Source of the DNA: an uncultured Gemmataceae bacterium
GTDB lineage: Bacteria > Planctomycetota > Planctomycetia > Gemmatales > Gemmataceae
NCBI GenBank assembly: GCA_963750165.1
Contig: CAVVPN010000003.1
Span: 2,368,001 to 2,432,000 of the forward strand
DNA length: 64,000 nucleotides
Reading direction: 5' to 3'
Positions 22,233 through 31,269 of this stretch are shown here, in pieces. Under the pieces are notes generated by a model. That model searched no databases. It was given only the letters and a program-made list of their open reading frames with translations, and had not been told where the DNA came from. Every line of letters begins with the position of its first letter. The first letter of the stretch is position 1. A program made the position numbers and the translations under genes.

Positions 22233-23486
22233 TCAGTTAGACCGAATGCGTTGCATCGGCAGCACGTCCGGCCGCACAGCCGGTTCCGCTTCATCTTTCC
22301 AGAAGACGGGCACGATGCCAAGGGTTTCCTGCTCCTGAATCAGACAGGTGAGATTATGGCAGAGGATTTTGCAGAGCGATTCATTGATCATACCAGTGTC
22401 GCTCTTGCTGCGCACCGAGTCGCCGAACTTCCGCTTGATGGCGCTGAAGGTGGACTCGACGTTGCTTCGCTTGTGATAGTGCCGCAAAAACTCCTCGCGC
22501 TGGAACTGGAAGAAGTGGAAGGCGCGCTCGAACTGGCCGCCGACGGCGCCGGTGGCGTTGCTCTTGAACGGGATGAACGCCGCGGCGCCGCACGCGGCGA
22601 TTTCCTCAAAGTTCTCCAGCGACGCATACGCCTTGTCGGCCGACACCTCCCCGATCTCAAAGCGCCGCCGCGTCTCCTTCACCAGCGGCACGAACTGCGG
22701 ACAATCCCCGGAGTCTTTGTCCAGAATACGGACAGCGGTGACGATGTTCGTCTTCACGCCGCACGCCAGGTGGACTTTCACCCACACGCACCTGTTGCGG
22801 GTGATGCCATACTTCTCGTCCAGCCATTTTTCGTAGCGGCAGCTGCCGAAGCCGCTGCTGTCGATGGCGAAGTCCGTCTCGACCACGCGGAGCGGGCTGG
22901 CGCTGATGGCGATGAGTTCCTTGAGGATCGGCGTGAAGAAAGCATCCTCGAAAAAACTGTTCACCTTCATGCCAGGGATGGGCTTGGTGGTGTGGCCGCG
23001 CTCGTGCGCGTCGAGCAGGTCGCAGGAGAAGCGCCGCGAGGACAGGCCGCAGTAGACCTTGAAGGCCATCGCAAACACGGCGTCGCGGCTCAGGTGTGGC
23101 TTGGGGCCGGGCAGGCTGCTGGAGCGATCGCGGTCGGGCAGGCGACTGCACAGGTCCGCGAGCAGCACTTGCAGGCGGCGCTTCTCCGTGGCTTGCGCCC
23201 TGTTGAACGCCGGCCAGTCTTGCGCGTACGTCTTGCGGACGGGGATAACGTCGGTGTCGATGGCCGGGGCTTGCTCGCCGCCGTCGCGCTCGCAGGCCAG
23301 TTTCGCGGCGATGACGTGCTTGCACGGTTTGCCGGTCAGGCCGAAGTCTTCGCAGGTGCAGCCGGGCGGGATGATCGTGACTCGGTATTTGGTGGTAAGG
23401 CTGGTCTGGGAAGGAACAACCCAGGCGCTGCCGTCGTAGACGATTTTTGCACGCGCCGCGATCTCCAGGGCCTTCAGTTCACGCAT
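22233..23486 (-). CDS. SWIM zinc finger plus DDE transposase (DDE_Tnp_1, IS4/IS5-like)
   Basis: CTCEDF...CKH SWIM; AIDSSGF, VKVHLA, SADKAY, YHKRSNVESTFS. Confidence 0.9.
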   Translation of the reverse strand: MRELKALEIAARAKIVYDGSAWVVPSQTSLTTKYRVTIIPPGCTCEDFGLTGKPCKHVIAAKLACERDGGEQAPAIDTDVIPVRKTYAQDWPAFNRAQATEKRRLQVLLADLCSRLPDRDRSSSLPGPKPHLSRDAVFAMAFKVYCGLSSRRFSCDLLDAHERGHTTKPIPGMKVNSFFEDAFFTPILKELIAISASPLRVVETDFAIDSSGFGSCRYEKWLDEKYGITRNRCVWVKVHLACGVKTNIVTAVRILDKDSGDCPQFVPLVKETRRRFEIGEVSADKAYASLENFEEIAACGAAAFIPFKSNATGAVGGQFERAFHFFQFQREEFLRHYHKRSNVESTFSAIKRKFGDSVRSKSDTGMINESLCKILCHNLTCLIQEQETLGIVPVFWKDEAEPAVRPDVLPMQRIRSN

Positions 23487-23859
23487 ATCCACGTCGCCAC
23501 CCTGCCTCTCGGAAGGCGCGCACGTAGAATGGAGTTGAGGGCCGCATTCGGGCGTGCAAGCGCCGGAGTGTTGTCCGCTCCAGGGGCTGTTACTAGCAGT
23601 CCCTGGAGCATCATTTCTCCGCACGATAGTACGCAATTTATCTCCACAAGTACAGGTCAGCAGTGGACTTACGAATATTTTTCCGCTGCGGAAAAACGGT
23701 CGGTTGCGCAGAAGCACGTCAGGGGCGCGTCAGGATGAGGCAGGAGCGCAGAAGGCGCCGTCTACGACCAACCGGGCGGTCTGGGGCCGGATCGCGTCGG
23801 GGGCGTTTCTGGGAAGCCGTCTGGAAAATCTGACAAGCAGCGACAACAATAGAAAAAGG

Positions 23860-23946
23860 TGGGGGTGGGGGGACTCGAACCCCCAAATGGTGAAACACCA
23901 CGGCGGGTTGGGAACCCGCTGCGTTTTCCAGTTTCGCCACACCCCC
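23860..23946 (-). tRNA. Non-canonical class II tRNA: Leu-type body with anticodon CCC (Gly)
   Basis: GGGGGTG TG GCG-AAACTGGAAAA-CGC A GCGGG-TTCCCAA-CCCGC, long V-arm, GGGGG-TTCGAGT-CCCCC CACCCCC A; all stems fully paired. Confidence 0.88.
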
Positions 23947-23958
23947 GCAGGCTGTTGC

Positions 23959-24030
23959 AGACGCGGACCCGAGTTGAACGGGCTTTCTGGACTTTGCCAA
24001 GTTCCCCGAGAAACCGTCCTCCCCCGCGTC
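23959..24030 (-). ncRNA. tRNA-like element with irregular anticodon arm
   Basis: Acceptor GACGCGG/CCGCGTC plus T discriminator, T-arm GCCCG-TTCAACT-CGGGT, D-arm GAGG-ACGGTT-TCTC; anticodon arm GGAACTTGGCAAAGTCC pairs only with a bulge. Confidence 0.6.
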
Positions 24031-24277
24031 GTTTGCTACAGCATGTTGGCTGGTCGGGCAGGAGTTACCGACTCCTGCCCGATCGCCAGCCTTCACCGGT
24101 TTTTCCCAGCCCTCCCAGGTTTGATCGGGTTGACTTTTGGCCTACGGATGGGTATCTCCCCATCCGCTGTCGGACATTTCCAGCAATGTCCGACGCACGC
24201 CACGCAGACAGATCATCGACGAAAGCAAAACCTAACTTTAGGGACAACCCCCTTACCGTCAGACAGGAGAGACGGCA

Positions 24278-24624
24278 ATGACCAAGCTGCGCAGAAGGGC
24301 CACGCGACTCGCCCCGTGTCCTTCAGGATGCCCGTTGGTGTGTACGACGACTTCGTTTCGGTTGCAGAAACGAGGGGCGTGGATGTGTCGGGCTTGCTGA
24401 ATTGGATGTGCGCCGAGTACCGCCCCACGCTCTTGAAAAAGAAGGCGGATTACGAAGCCGCCATGCTGGAGGCTGCGGCGGCAAGCCTGCGCGAAAACCT
24501 GGCTTCACCCGGGGAAAGCCGCAAGGCGCTTGGCGTGCTGCGCGACCTGCTCAAACAGCTTCAGGATATGTACGCGGCTCTGTCGAAGCGGGCTCTCGAC
24601 GAGGACGAAAGACGGGCCGGGTGA
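24278..24624 (+). CDS. Ribbon-helix-helix-like DNA-binding protein; probable 1-nt indel near 24295, otherwise in-frame ATG at 24328
   Basis: RPVSFRMPVGVYDDFVSVAETRGVDVSGLLNWMCAEY beta-alpha-G-alpha pattern; SD GGAG before ATG 24278. Confidence 0.55.
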
Positions 24625-24705
24625 CAGGGGACTGCGCGCCCCTTTCGGTCGGGCATTATTCATTCATCATCAACGACCGGGAGTGCGCGAACACGGCTGA
24701 ACACG

Positions 24706-24746
24706 AAACGCCACCAACCAAGGCGCCTTGGTTGGTGGCGTTTTTT
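24706..24746 (+). terminator. 38-bp perfect palindrome followed by a T run
   Basis: AAACGCCACCAACCAAGGCGCCTTGGTTGGTGGCGTTTTTT. Confidence 0.75.
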
Positions 24747-24903
24747 CATTGGATCGAATGCGTCGCAACTCGCCCGAATGCGTCACAACCGGCGAATGCG
24801 TGGCAAAGCCCCCCGAACGACCGGGGGAGACCGGAGAATCCCTGTTCTCACCCTGGCCGGACGACCGTAAAGCAAGGACTTTGACTGCCACTGGAGGACT
24901 GCG

Positions 24904-26048
24904 ATGCTGGAAACCACCCGCCTGCTCCGCGACCTGGTGGCCCTGCCGAGCGTCAACCCGATGGGCCGCACCGGCCCCAACCCCGACTTCTTCGAGCACC
25001 GCGTCACCGCCTACCTGGAAGCGTTCTTCCGCGACCTCGGCGTGTCCTGTGAGCGGCAGACGGTGGCGCCGTCGCGCGACAACATCATCGCGCGCTGCGT
25101 GCTGCCGGGGCGCGGCGGACGCTGCTGCTCGAAGCCCACCAGGACACGGTGCCGACCGATAACATGACCATCGAACCGTTCGGGGCGAAGATCGACGGCA
25201 ACCGCCTGTACGGCCGCGGCGCCTGCGACATCAAGGGCGGCCTGGCGGCCATGCTGGCGGCGTTCGCGCGTGTGGCCCGCGAGAAGCCGGCAGGTGCCGC
25301 CAACGTCGTGCTGGCCTGCACCGTGGACGAGGAGTACACGTTTCTCGGCGTGCAGCGCCTGGTGCGCGACGGCCTGAAGGCGGACGCAGCCGTCGTCGCC
25401 GAGCCGACCGACCTCAACATCGTCCATGCCCACAAGGGCGTCGTCCGCTGGGACATCGTCACGACGGGTCGTTCGTGTCACAGTTCGCGGCCCGAGCAGG
25501 GCCAAAACGCTATCTACTTCATGGGCCGCGTGCTGACCGCCCTGGAGCAGTACGCCGGGCAGCTGCACCAGTCGCGGCAGCATCCGCTGCTGGGCCGGCC
25601 GACCCTGAGCGTTGGCCGCGTCGAGGGTGGCACCAGCGTTAACACGGTGCCGGATCGCTGCCGCATCGAGATCGACCGCCGGCTGATCCCGGGCGAGGAG
25701 CCGCTGGCGGCGCAGCAGGACGTGACGCAGTTCTTGCAGGGCCGGCTGGGGCCGGACGTGCCGTTTACATGTGTGCCGCCGTGGATGAGCAAGGGCGCCC
25801 TGAACCCGGAGGGCTCCGAGGCGCTGGTGCAGGAATTCGGCGCCGTGATCGACGCCGTGCGCGGCCGGCACACCGTCGAGGCGGTGCCGTTCGGCACCGA
25901 CGCCTCCAACATCGCCGCGGCGGGCGTGCCGGCCATCGTGTTCGGCCCCGGTGACATCGGCAAGGCCCACACCTGCGACGAGTGGGTGCCGCTCGATGAA
26001 GTCGAGACGGCCAGTGAGATCCTGTTTCGCTGGCTCTGCCAGGGTTGA
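24904..26048 (+). CDS. M20 family metallopeptidase (ArgE/DapE-like), frameshift ~25110
   Basis: LVALPSVNP; EAHQDTVP after the shift; YGRGACDIKGG, VDEE, AEPT, GTDA, AHTCDEW. Confidence 0.9.
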
Positions 26049-26079
26049 TACGGAATCGCCTTGGCGGTTCTTGTTTCTG

Positions 26080-26140
26080 GTCGGAGCCCGAGCGCCAGTG
26101 AGGGGCAGGCTTTGCCCCGCGCTGGCGCTCGGGCTCCGAC
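26080..26140. repeat. REP palindrome family GAGCCCGAGCGCCAG
   Basis: Related copies at 28997-29056 and 34407-34452, partial at ~33338-33350. Confidence 0.85.
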
Positions 26141-26168
26141 TTGACGGCCGCGCCGGGTCATCTATCAT
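26141..26168 (+). promoter_or_regulatory. Sigma70-like promoter for tRNA-Glu
   Basis: TTGACG-16 bp-TATCAT, 25 nt before the tRNA. Confidence 0.6.
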
Positions 26169-26193
26169 GAGGAGGGAAGTACGGATCGCACAT

Positions 26194-26266
26194 GGCCCCG
26201 TCGTCTAGAGGCCCAGGACAGCGGCTTTTCACGCCGCCAACACGGGTTCGAATCCCGTCGGGGTCA
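26194..26266 (+). tRNA. tRNA-Glu(TTC)
   Basis: GGCCCCG acceptor, GCGGC-TT TTC AC-GCCGC anticodon arm, GGTTCGAATCC; CCA not encoded. Confidence 0.95.
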
Positions 26267-26499
26267 ATCAGAAGCGCTGGAATGACAAGGGTTTAGAGAG
26301 GCATCTGCTGCAACAAAACTCTACCCGCTCGACTCGTACTGACTGGAGCGGTTCGCACGCGGATCGCGCCCGCGGTGGGACGGCGGGCACAGCTTGACCA
26401 GCAGGGGCCTGTACTGCCACAGCAAGGAGGCCAAGGGGGCCAAGGTTTGCACACGTCGAGAATCGGCGCCCTGGCCCCGTGCGGCTGGCACGGCGCGAC

Positions 26500-26703
26500 C
26501 ACCACATGCTGAATTCGTCATCCTCGGCGACGCGGCGCAGGAGTTCCGGGTCGGCCGGTCCAGCCCAGCAGGCCAGCCGTGCGATCCGCCCGGGTGGGTT
26601 CGGTTTGCACCTGGATCGTAACCCGTTGGTGTTCCTGGAGCGGCAACGGCTGGGCCGGCTTGAGCACGCCGTTTTCGTACACGGCTTCGACGGTGATGGC
26701 CAT
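26500..26703 (-). pseudogene. DUF104/AF2212-like antitoxin, frameshifted and truncated by a repeat
   Basis: MAITVEAVYENGVLKPAQPLPLQEHQRVTI; shifts frame to DPELLRRVAEDDEF, then runs into the dispersed repeat; no toxin partner. Confidence 0.65.
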
Positions 26704-26748
26704 CGGTGGGCCTCCCAAAAAGAACGCGGTGCGACCCTTCGCATTCTG

Positions 26749-26850
26749 GAGCGTGTTGGCGCTCGGGGGGTAGCGGAAGTCGCCAGACTTCCGTCCGGTG
26801 CTGCTCGGAAGTCTGGCGACTTCCGCTACCCCCCGAGCGCCAACACGCTC
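26749..26850. repeat. Long GTAG-type REP inverted pair
   Basis: GAGCGTGTTGGCGCTCGGGGGGTAGCGGAAGTCGCCAGACTTCCG and its exact reverse complement. Confidence 0.9.
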
Positions 26851-26985
26851 TGGCCGGGGTGAGGAAACCAGAGCCGGACGCCGCTCCAAAAAAAAGCGCA
26901 CCCCAGCGCAGCGTCCGGCGACCGAACGCATCTATAGAAAGACGGGAAGATCCACGTCCCCCCACGACGCCAGGAGAATCACCTC

Positions 26986-28985
26986 ATGGGATTGGGTACT
27001 GTACGTTTGACGCGACTCGCCACCGCCGTTCGCGGCACGGTCCTGGGACTCGCGCTTGGGACGCTCGCCGTCCTGGCGTTCCCGGGCGCCGCCGGCGCCC
27101 AGCCGCCGAAGGGGCAGCCGAAGACCAAGACCGGCCTGCTCGTCAACGAACCGAAGGCCAGTCCGGGGTACACCCTGGTTGCGCCCTGACCTCGCACAAC
27201 ACTTATCTGATCGATCTCCAGGGCCGCGTCGTGCGGACCTGGAAGAGCGACTGCAACCCGGGCGCGTCCGCCTACCTGCTGCCCAACGGCAACCTGCTGC
27301 GCACCGGGGCGGTGAAGAACCCGCCGTTCTTCGGCGGTGGCGCCGGCGGCCGCGTTCAGGAGTTCACCTTCGACGGCGAGCTGATCTGGGACTTCACGCT
27401 CTCCAGCCCGACGAAATTGTCGCACCACGACATCTGCAAACTGCCCAACGGCAACCTCCTGATGATCGTGTGGGAGAAGAAGACCGCCAAGGAAGCCATC
27501 GCCGCCGGGCGCCGACCGGAGACGGTCAAGCAGGGGCACCTGAACGCGGACTGCATTCTGGAAATCCAACCGATGGGCAAGACCGGCGGCAAGATCGTCT
27601 GGGAGTGGCACACCTTTGACCACCTGATTCAGGAATTTGACTCCAAGGTGGCCAATCACGGCGACCCGGCCGCGCACCCCGAGCTGATCGACGTGAACTT
27701 CGGTGAAGGCACCCTGGCCGCCATCGTTGCCCGGCCGGAGGAGTTGAAGAAGTTGCAGGCCATCGGCTACGTCGGCGGCCCCACCGGCAAGAAGGGCGGC
27801 CCGGGCATGATGGGGGCGGACTGGCTGCACACCAACGCGATTGCCTACAACGCCGAGCTGGATCAGATTATGTTGAGCATCCACGAGTTCAACGAAATCT
27901 GGATCATCGACCACAGCACCACCACGGCCGAGGCGGCCGGCCACAAGGGCGGCAAGTACGGCAAGGGCGGCGACCTGCTCTACCGCTGGGGCAACCCCCG
28001 GGCTTACCGCGCCGGCGCCGTCAAGGACCAGAAACTCTTCGGCCAGCACAACGCCCACTGGATTCCGAAGGGCCGGCCCGGCGCCGGCCACGTCATGATC
28101 TTCAACAATGGCATGCGCCGCGTCGGCGGCGCCCACTCGACGGTGGACGAGATCGTCCTGCCGGTCGATGCGAAGGGCCACTACGAAAAGCCGGGCAAGG
28201 CGTACGGGCCGGACAAGGTCCACTGGAGCTACGCCGCGCCGAAGAAGTCGGACTTCTTCTCCTCGTTCATCTCCGGCGCCGAGCGGCTGCCTAACGGTAA
28301 CACGCTCATCTGTTCCGGCGCCAACGGCACCGTCTTCGAGGTGACGCCGACGAAGGAAATGGTCTGGAAGTACGTCGTGCCGTTGAAAGGCGGTTTCGGC
28401 GGTCCTGGCGGCCCTGGTGGCAAGATCTTCGGCGGCCCGCCCCGGCCCGGCCAGTTGCTGCCGCCGTTCCTGCACGGCATGCTGAACCTCACGGACGAAC
28501 AGAAGAAACAGCTGGAGACCGCGGAAAAGGGTTTGGCGGCAAAGCTCGACCAGTTGCTGACCGCCGAGCAGAAGAAGAAGCTCAAGGACGGGCCTGGTGG
28601 CTTCGGCCCCGGTTTCGGCGGTCCTGGCTTCGGCGGCCCACCGCAGTTCGGCCAGCTGATGCCGGCTCCGGTGCAGGAGCGGTTGAAACTGACGGACGAT
28701 CAGAAGAAGCAACTGGCGGGTTTGCAGAAGGAGGCGGACAGCAAACTCGACACGCTCCTGGAGGCGGGACAGAAGAAGCAGCTCAAGGACATGCAGGGCG
28801 GTATCAAGAAAAAGAAGGGCCCCGGTGGTTTCGGCGGCGGCCCCGGAGGGGGCTTCGCCGGGCCGCCCGGACTCTTCCGGGCGCCGCGCTACGCTCCGGA
28901 CTACCCCGGACTGGTGGGCCGCACCCTGACGCCGGGGGCGCTGCTCGAAGACCTCGTCAAGGATGTGCCCAAGAAGAAGGGGTAG
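26986..28985 (+). CDS. Arylsulfotransferase (ASST)-like secreted beta-propeller with Gly/Pro-rich helical tail; frameshift ~27185
   Basis: Signal peptide; PGYTL, YLIDLQGRVV, SHHD, DWLHTNAI, YRWGNP, GQHNAHW, SGAERLPNGNTLI. Confidence 0.85.
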
Positions 28986-29124
28986 CGAGCGATTGGGTCG
29001 GAGCCCGAGCGCCAGCGCGGGGCAGCGCTGGCCCCGCGCTGGCGCTTCGGGCTCAGAACACCGGCTTTCTGCCGCTTACGGTTTGGCACCCCGACCCTCC
29101 GAACGACCAATCAGAGAAGTTCTG

Positions 29125-31269
29125 ATGAGCAGGTCCGCACGATTCTTGCTGCCCGCCGCGCTGCTGGCGCTGCTGCTGGAGCCGAGCCCGGCGCTCGCCT
29201 ACATCGGCCCCGGCGCCGGCTTTGCCCTGGCCGGCTCGTTCCTGGCGGTGTTCGCCGCCATGTTCTCGGCCGTGATGCTGCTGTTGACCTGGCCGGTGCG
29301 CCTGCTCTGGCGCGTCCTCTTCCGACGGCGACCGCCGTGCAGCCGCTTCAAGCGCGTCGTCATCCTCGGTTTGGACGGCCTCGACTACACACTGACCGAA
29401 CAGATGCTCGCCGAGGGCAAACTGCCGCACCTCGAAGCGTTGCGCAAGCAGGGCTGCTTCAAACCGCTGGCGACCACGCTGCCGTCGATTTCACCGGTGG
29501 CGTGGTCGTCGTTCCAGACCGGCACCAACCCGGGCAAGCACAACATCTATGATTTCCTGACGCCGGACCTCAAGACGTATGAGCCGAAGTTGAGTTCCGT
29601 GGAAATCCGGCCGCCGCGGCGCATGCTCCGCCTCGGCAAGTACCGCATTCCGCTGGGCCGCGCGGATGTGCGCTTGCTGCGCAAGAGCCGGCCGTTCTGG
29701 AACTACCTCGGCGATCGCGGCATCTTCAGCAGCATTATTCGTGTGCCGATCACGTTCCCGCCGGAAAAGCTCCGCGGCGTGCTGCTGTCGGCGATGTGTG
29801 TGCCGGACCTGCGCGGCACCCAGGGCATGTTCTCGCACTACACCACGCGGCCGCAGCAACCTGGCGTGCGCACCGGCGGCGAGGTTCACCACGTCACCCG
29901 CACCGGCAACAAAATCCGCGCTGACCTCATCGGGCCGGAGAATCCGTTCCTGACCGACCGCAGCGTGCTGAAGGCGCCGTTCGTTGTCACGTTCAAGCGC
30001 GACCGCGTGTTTCTGAAGATCGGCGGCGACCGCCATGAGCTGCGCAAGGACGTGTACACGGACTGGATTCGCGTCGGCTTCCGTGTCGCCCCGGGCGTCA
30101 GTGTGTATGGGCTGTGCAAATTCCTGCTGCTGGAGAACGGCGCCGAGTTCGGCCTGTACGTGACGCCGGTCAACATCGACCCGGAAAACCCGGTGATGCC
30201 GATCAGCTGGCCATCGGTCTATGCCCTTTACCTGGCGAAGCGGCAGGGGCCGTTCGCGACGCTCGGCCTGGCCGAGGACACCTGGGCGGTCAACGAGCAC
30301 GTCCTGGGCGATCAGGGCTTTTTGCAGCAGTGCCTGGACGCCGACCGCGAGCGCGAGGCGATGTTCTTCGATTCGCTGGACAAGGTGCAGCGCGGCCTGT
30401 GCGTGGTGGTCTTCGACGGCCCCGACCGGCTGCAACACATGTTCTGGCGCAACATCGACCCAACGCATCCCGCCCGCGCCAACCATCCGGTGCCGGAGGG
30501 TCGTAACTACATCGAGGACCTGTACCGGAACATGGACGACCTGGTCGGCCGCACGATGGCGAAGTGTCAGGGCGATGACAATCTGCTGATGGTCATCTCG
30601 GACCACGGTTTCAATAACTTCCGCCGCGGTCTCGACCTGAACCGCTGGCTGGAGGAGTACGGCTACCTGGTGTTTCATGAGGGGCGGCGCAACGAGGAGT
30701 TTCTGGCGGGCGTCGATTGGTCGCGGACGCGGGCCTTCGCTCTCGGGTTGACCGGCATCTTCATCAACCTGCGCGGCAAGTACGCGCAGGGCATCGTCGA
30801 GTCGGGCGAATCGGCCGACCAGCTCCGCGAGGAGATCGCCCGGAAGCTCACAAGCCTGGTTGATCCGCAGACCGGGGCCAGCGCCATCAAGCGGACGTAT
30901 GTGACGGCGAAGGTGTATCGTGGCCCGTATGTGGATCACGCGCCGGACCTGATCCCCGGCTACCAGCGCGGCTACCGCGTCTCCTGGGAAACGGCCATCG
31001 GCCGCGGCACTGAGTCCGTTTTCCACGACAACACCAAGGCGTGGAGCGGCGACCACTGCATCGACCCATCGCTCATCCCCGGCGTGCTGTTTTGCAACCG
31101 CCCGCTGGACGTGGAGAACCCGCGGCTGCTGGACATCGGGCCGACCGTGCTGGATCTGTTCGGCGTGGACGTGCCCGGCCACATGGACGGCCAGGTGTGG
31201 GGGGTGGGCGGCGACGAGAACAGTGTGGCGCCGCGGCGCGAACTGGATACTGCAATCAAGGTGACCTGA
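29125..31269 (+). CDS. Alkaline-phosphatase-superfamily nucleotide pyrophosphatase/phosphodiesterase with N-terminal YIGPGAG-TM anchor
   Basis: ILGLDGLD, TTLPSISPVAWSSFQTG.NPGKH, ISDHGF, WSGDH. Confidence 0.88.
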   Translation: MSRSARFLLPAALLALLLEPSPALAYIGPGAGFALAGSFLAVFAAMFSAVMLLLTWPVRLLWRVLFRRRPPCSRFKRVVILGLDGLDYTLTEQMLAEGKLPHLEALRKQGCFKPLATTLPSISPVAWSSFQTGTNPGKHNIYDFLTPDLKTYEPKLSSVEIRPPRRMLRLGKYRIPLGRADVRLLRKSRPFWNYLGDRGIFSSIIRVPITFPPEKLRGVLLSAMCVPDLRGTQGMFSHYTTRPQQPGVRTGGEVHHVTRTGNKIRADLIGPENPFLTDRSVLKAPFVVTFKRDRVFLKIGGDRHELRKDVYTDWIRVGFRVAPGVSVYGLCKFLLLENGAEFGLYVTPVNIDPENPVMPISWPSVYALYLAKRQGPFATLGLAEDTWAVNEHVLGDQGFLQQCLDADREREAMFFDSLDKVQRGLCVVVFDGPDRLQHMFWRNIDPTHPARANHPVPEGRNYIEDLYRNMDDLVGRTMAKCQGDDNLLMVISDHGFNNFRRGLDLNRWLEEYGYLVFHEGRRNEEFLAGVDWSRTRAFALGLTGIFINLRGKYAQGIVESGESADQLREEIARKLTSLVDPQTGASAIKRTYVTAKVYRGPYVDHAPDLIPGYQRGYRVSWETAIGRGTESVFHDNTKAWSGDHCIDPSLIPGVLFCNRPLDVENPRLLDIGPTVLDLFGVDVPGHMDGQVWGVGGDENSVAPRRELDTAIKVT

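Larger units (their letters stand above)
22193..24810 (-). mobile_element. Cargo-carrying DDE transposon (2618 bp)
   Basis: TIR GGCTTTGCGACGCATTCG (22193-210) / CGAATGCGTGGCAAAGCC (24793-810), 17/18; 9-bp TSD CCCCGAACG at 22184-92 and 24811-19; internal CGAATGCGT repeats near both ends. Confidence 0.9.

Noticed and set aside
23860..23946. Selenocysteine tRNA, allo-tRNA or ordinary tRNA-Gly
   Set aside because: The fold is 7/5 with a 3-bp D-stem and the anticodon is not TCA; the long V-arm and A73 do not fit tRNA-Gly.
23554..24277. 5' part of the 356-aa ORF and the N-terminal extension of the transposase ORF
   Set aside because: The first overlaps tRNA genes and hairpins; better starts exist at 24278/24328 and 23486.
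26194..26500. Prophage or island integrated at tRNA-Glu
   Set aside because: No integrase and no duplicated tRNA 3' end found in the window; only a decayed antitoxin follows.
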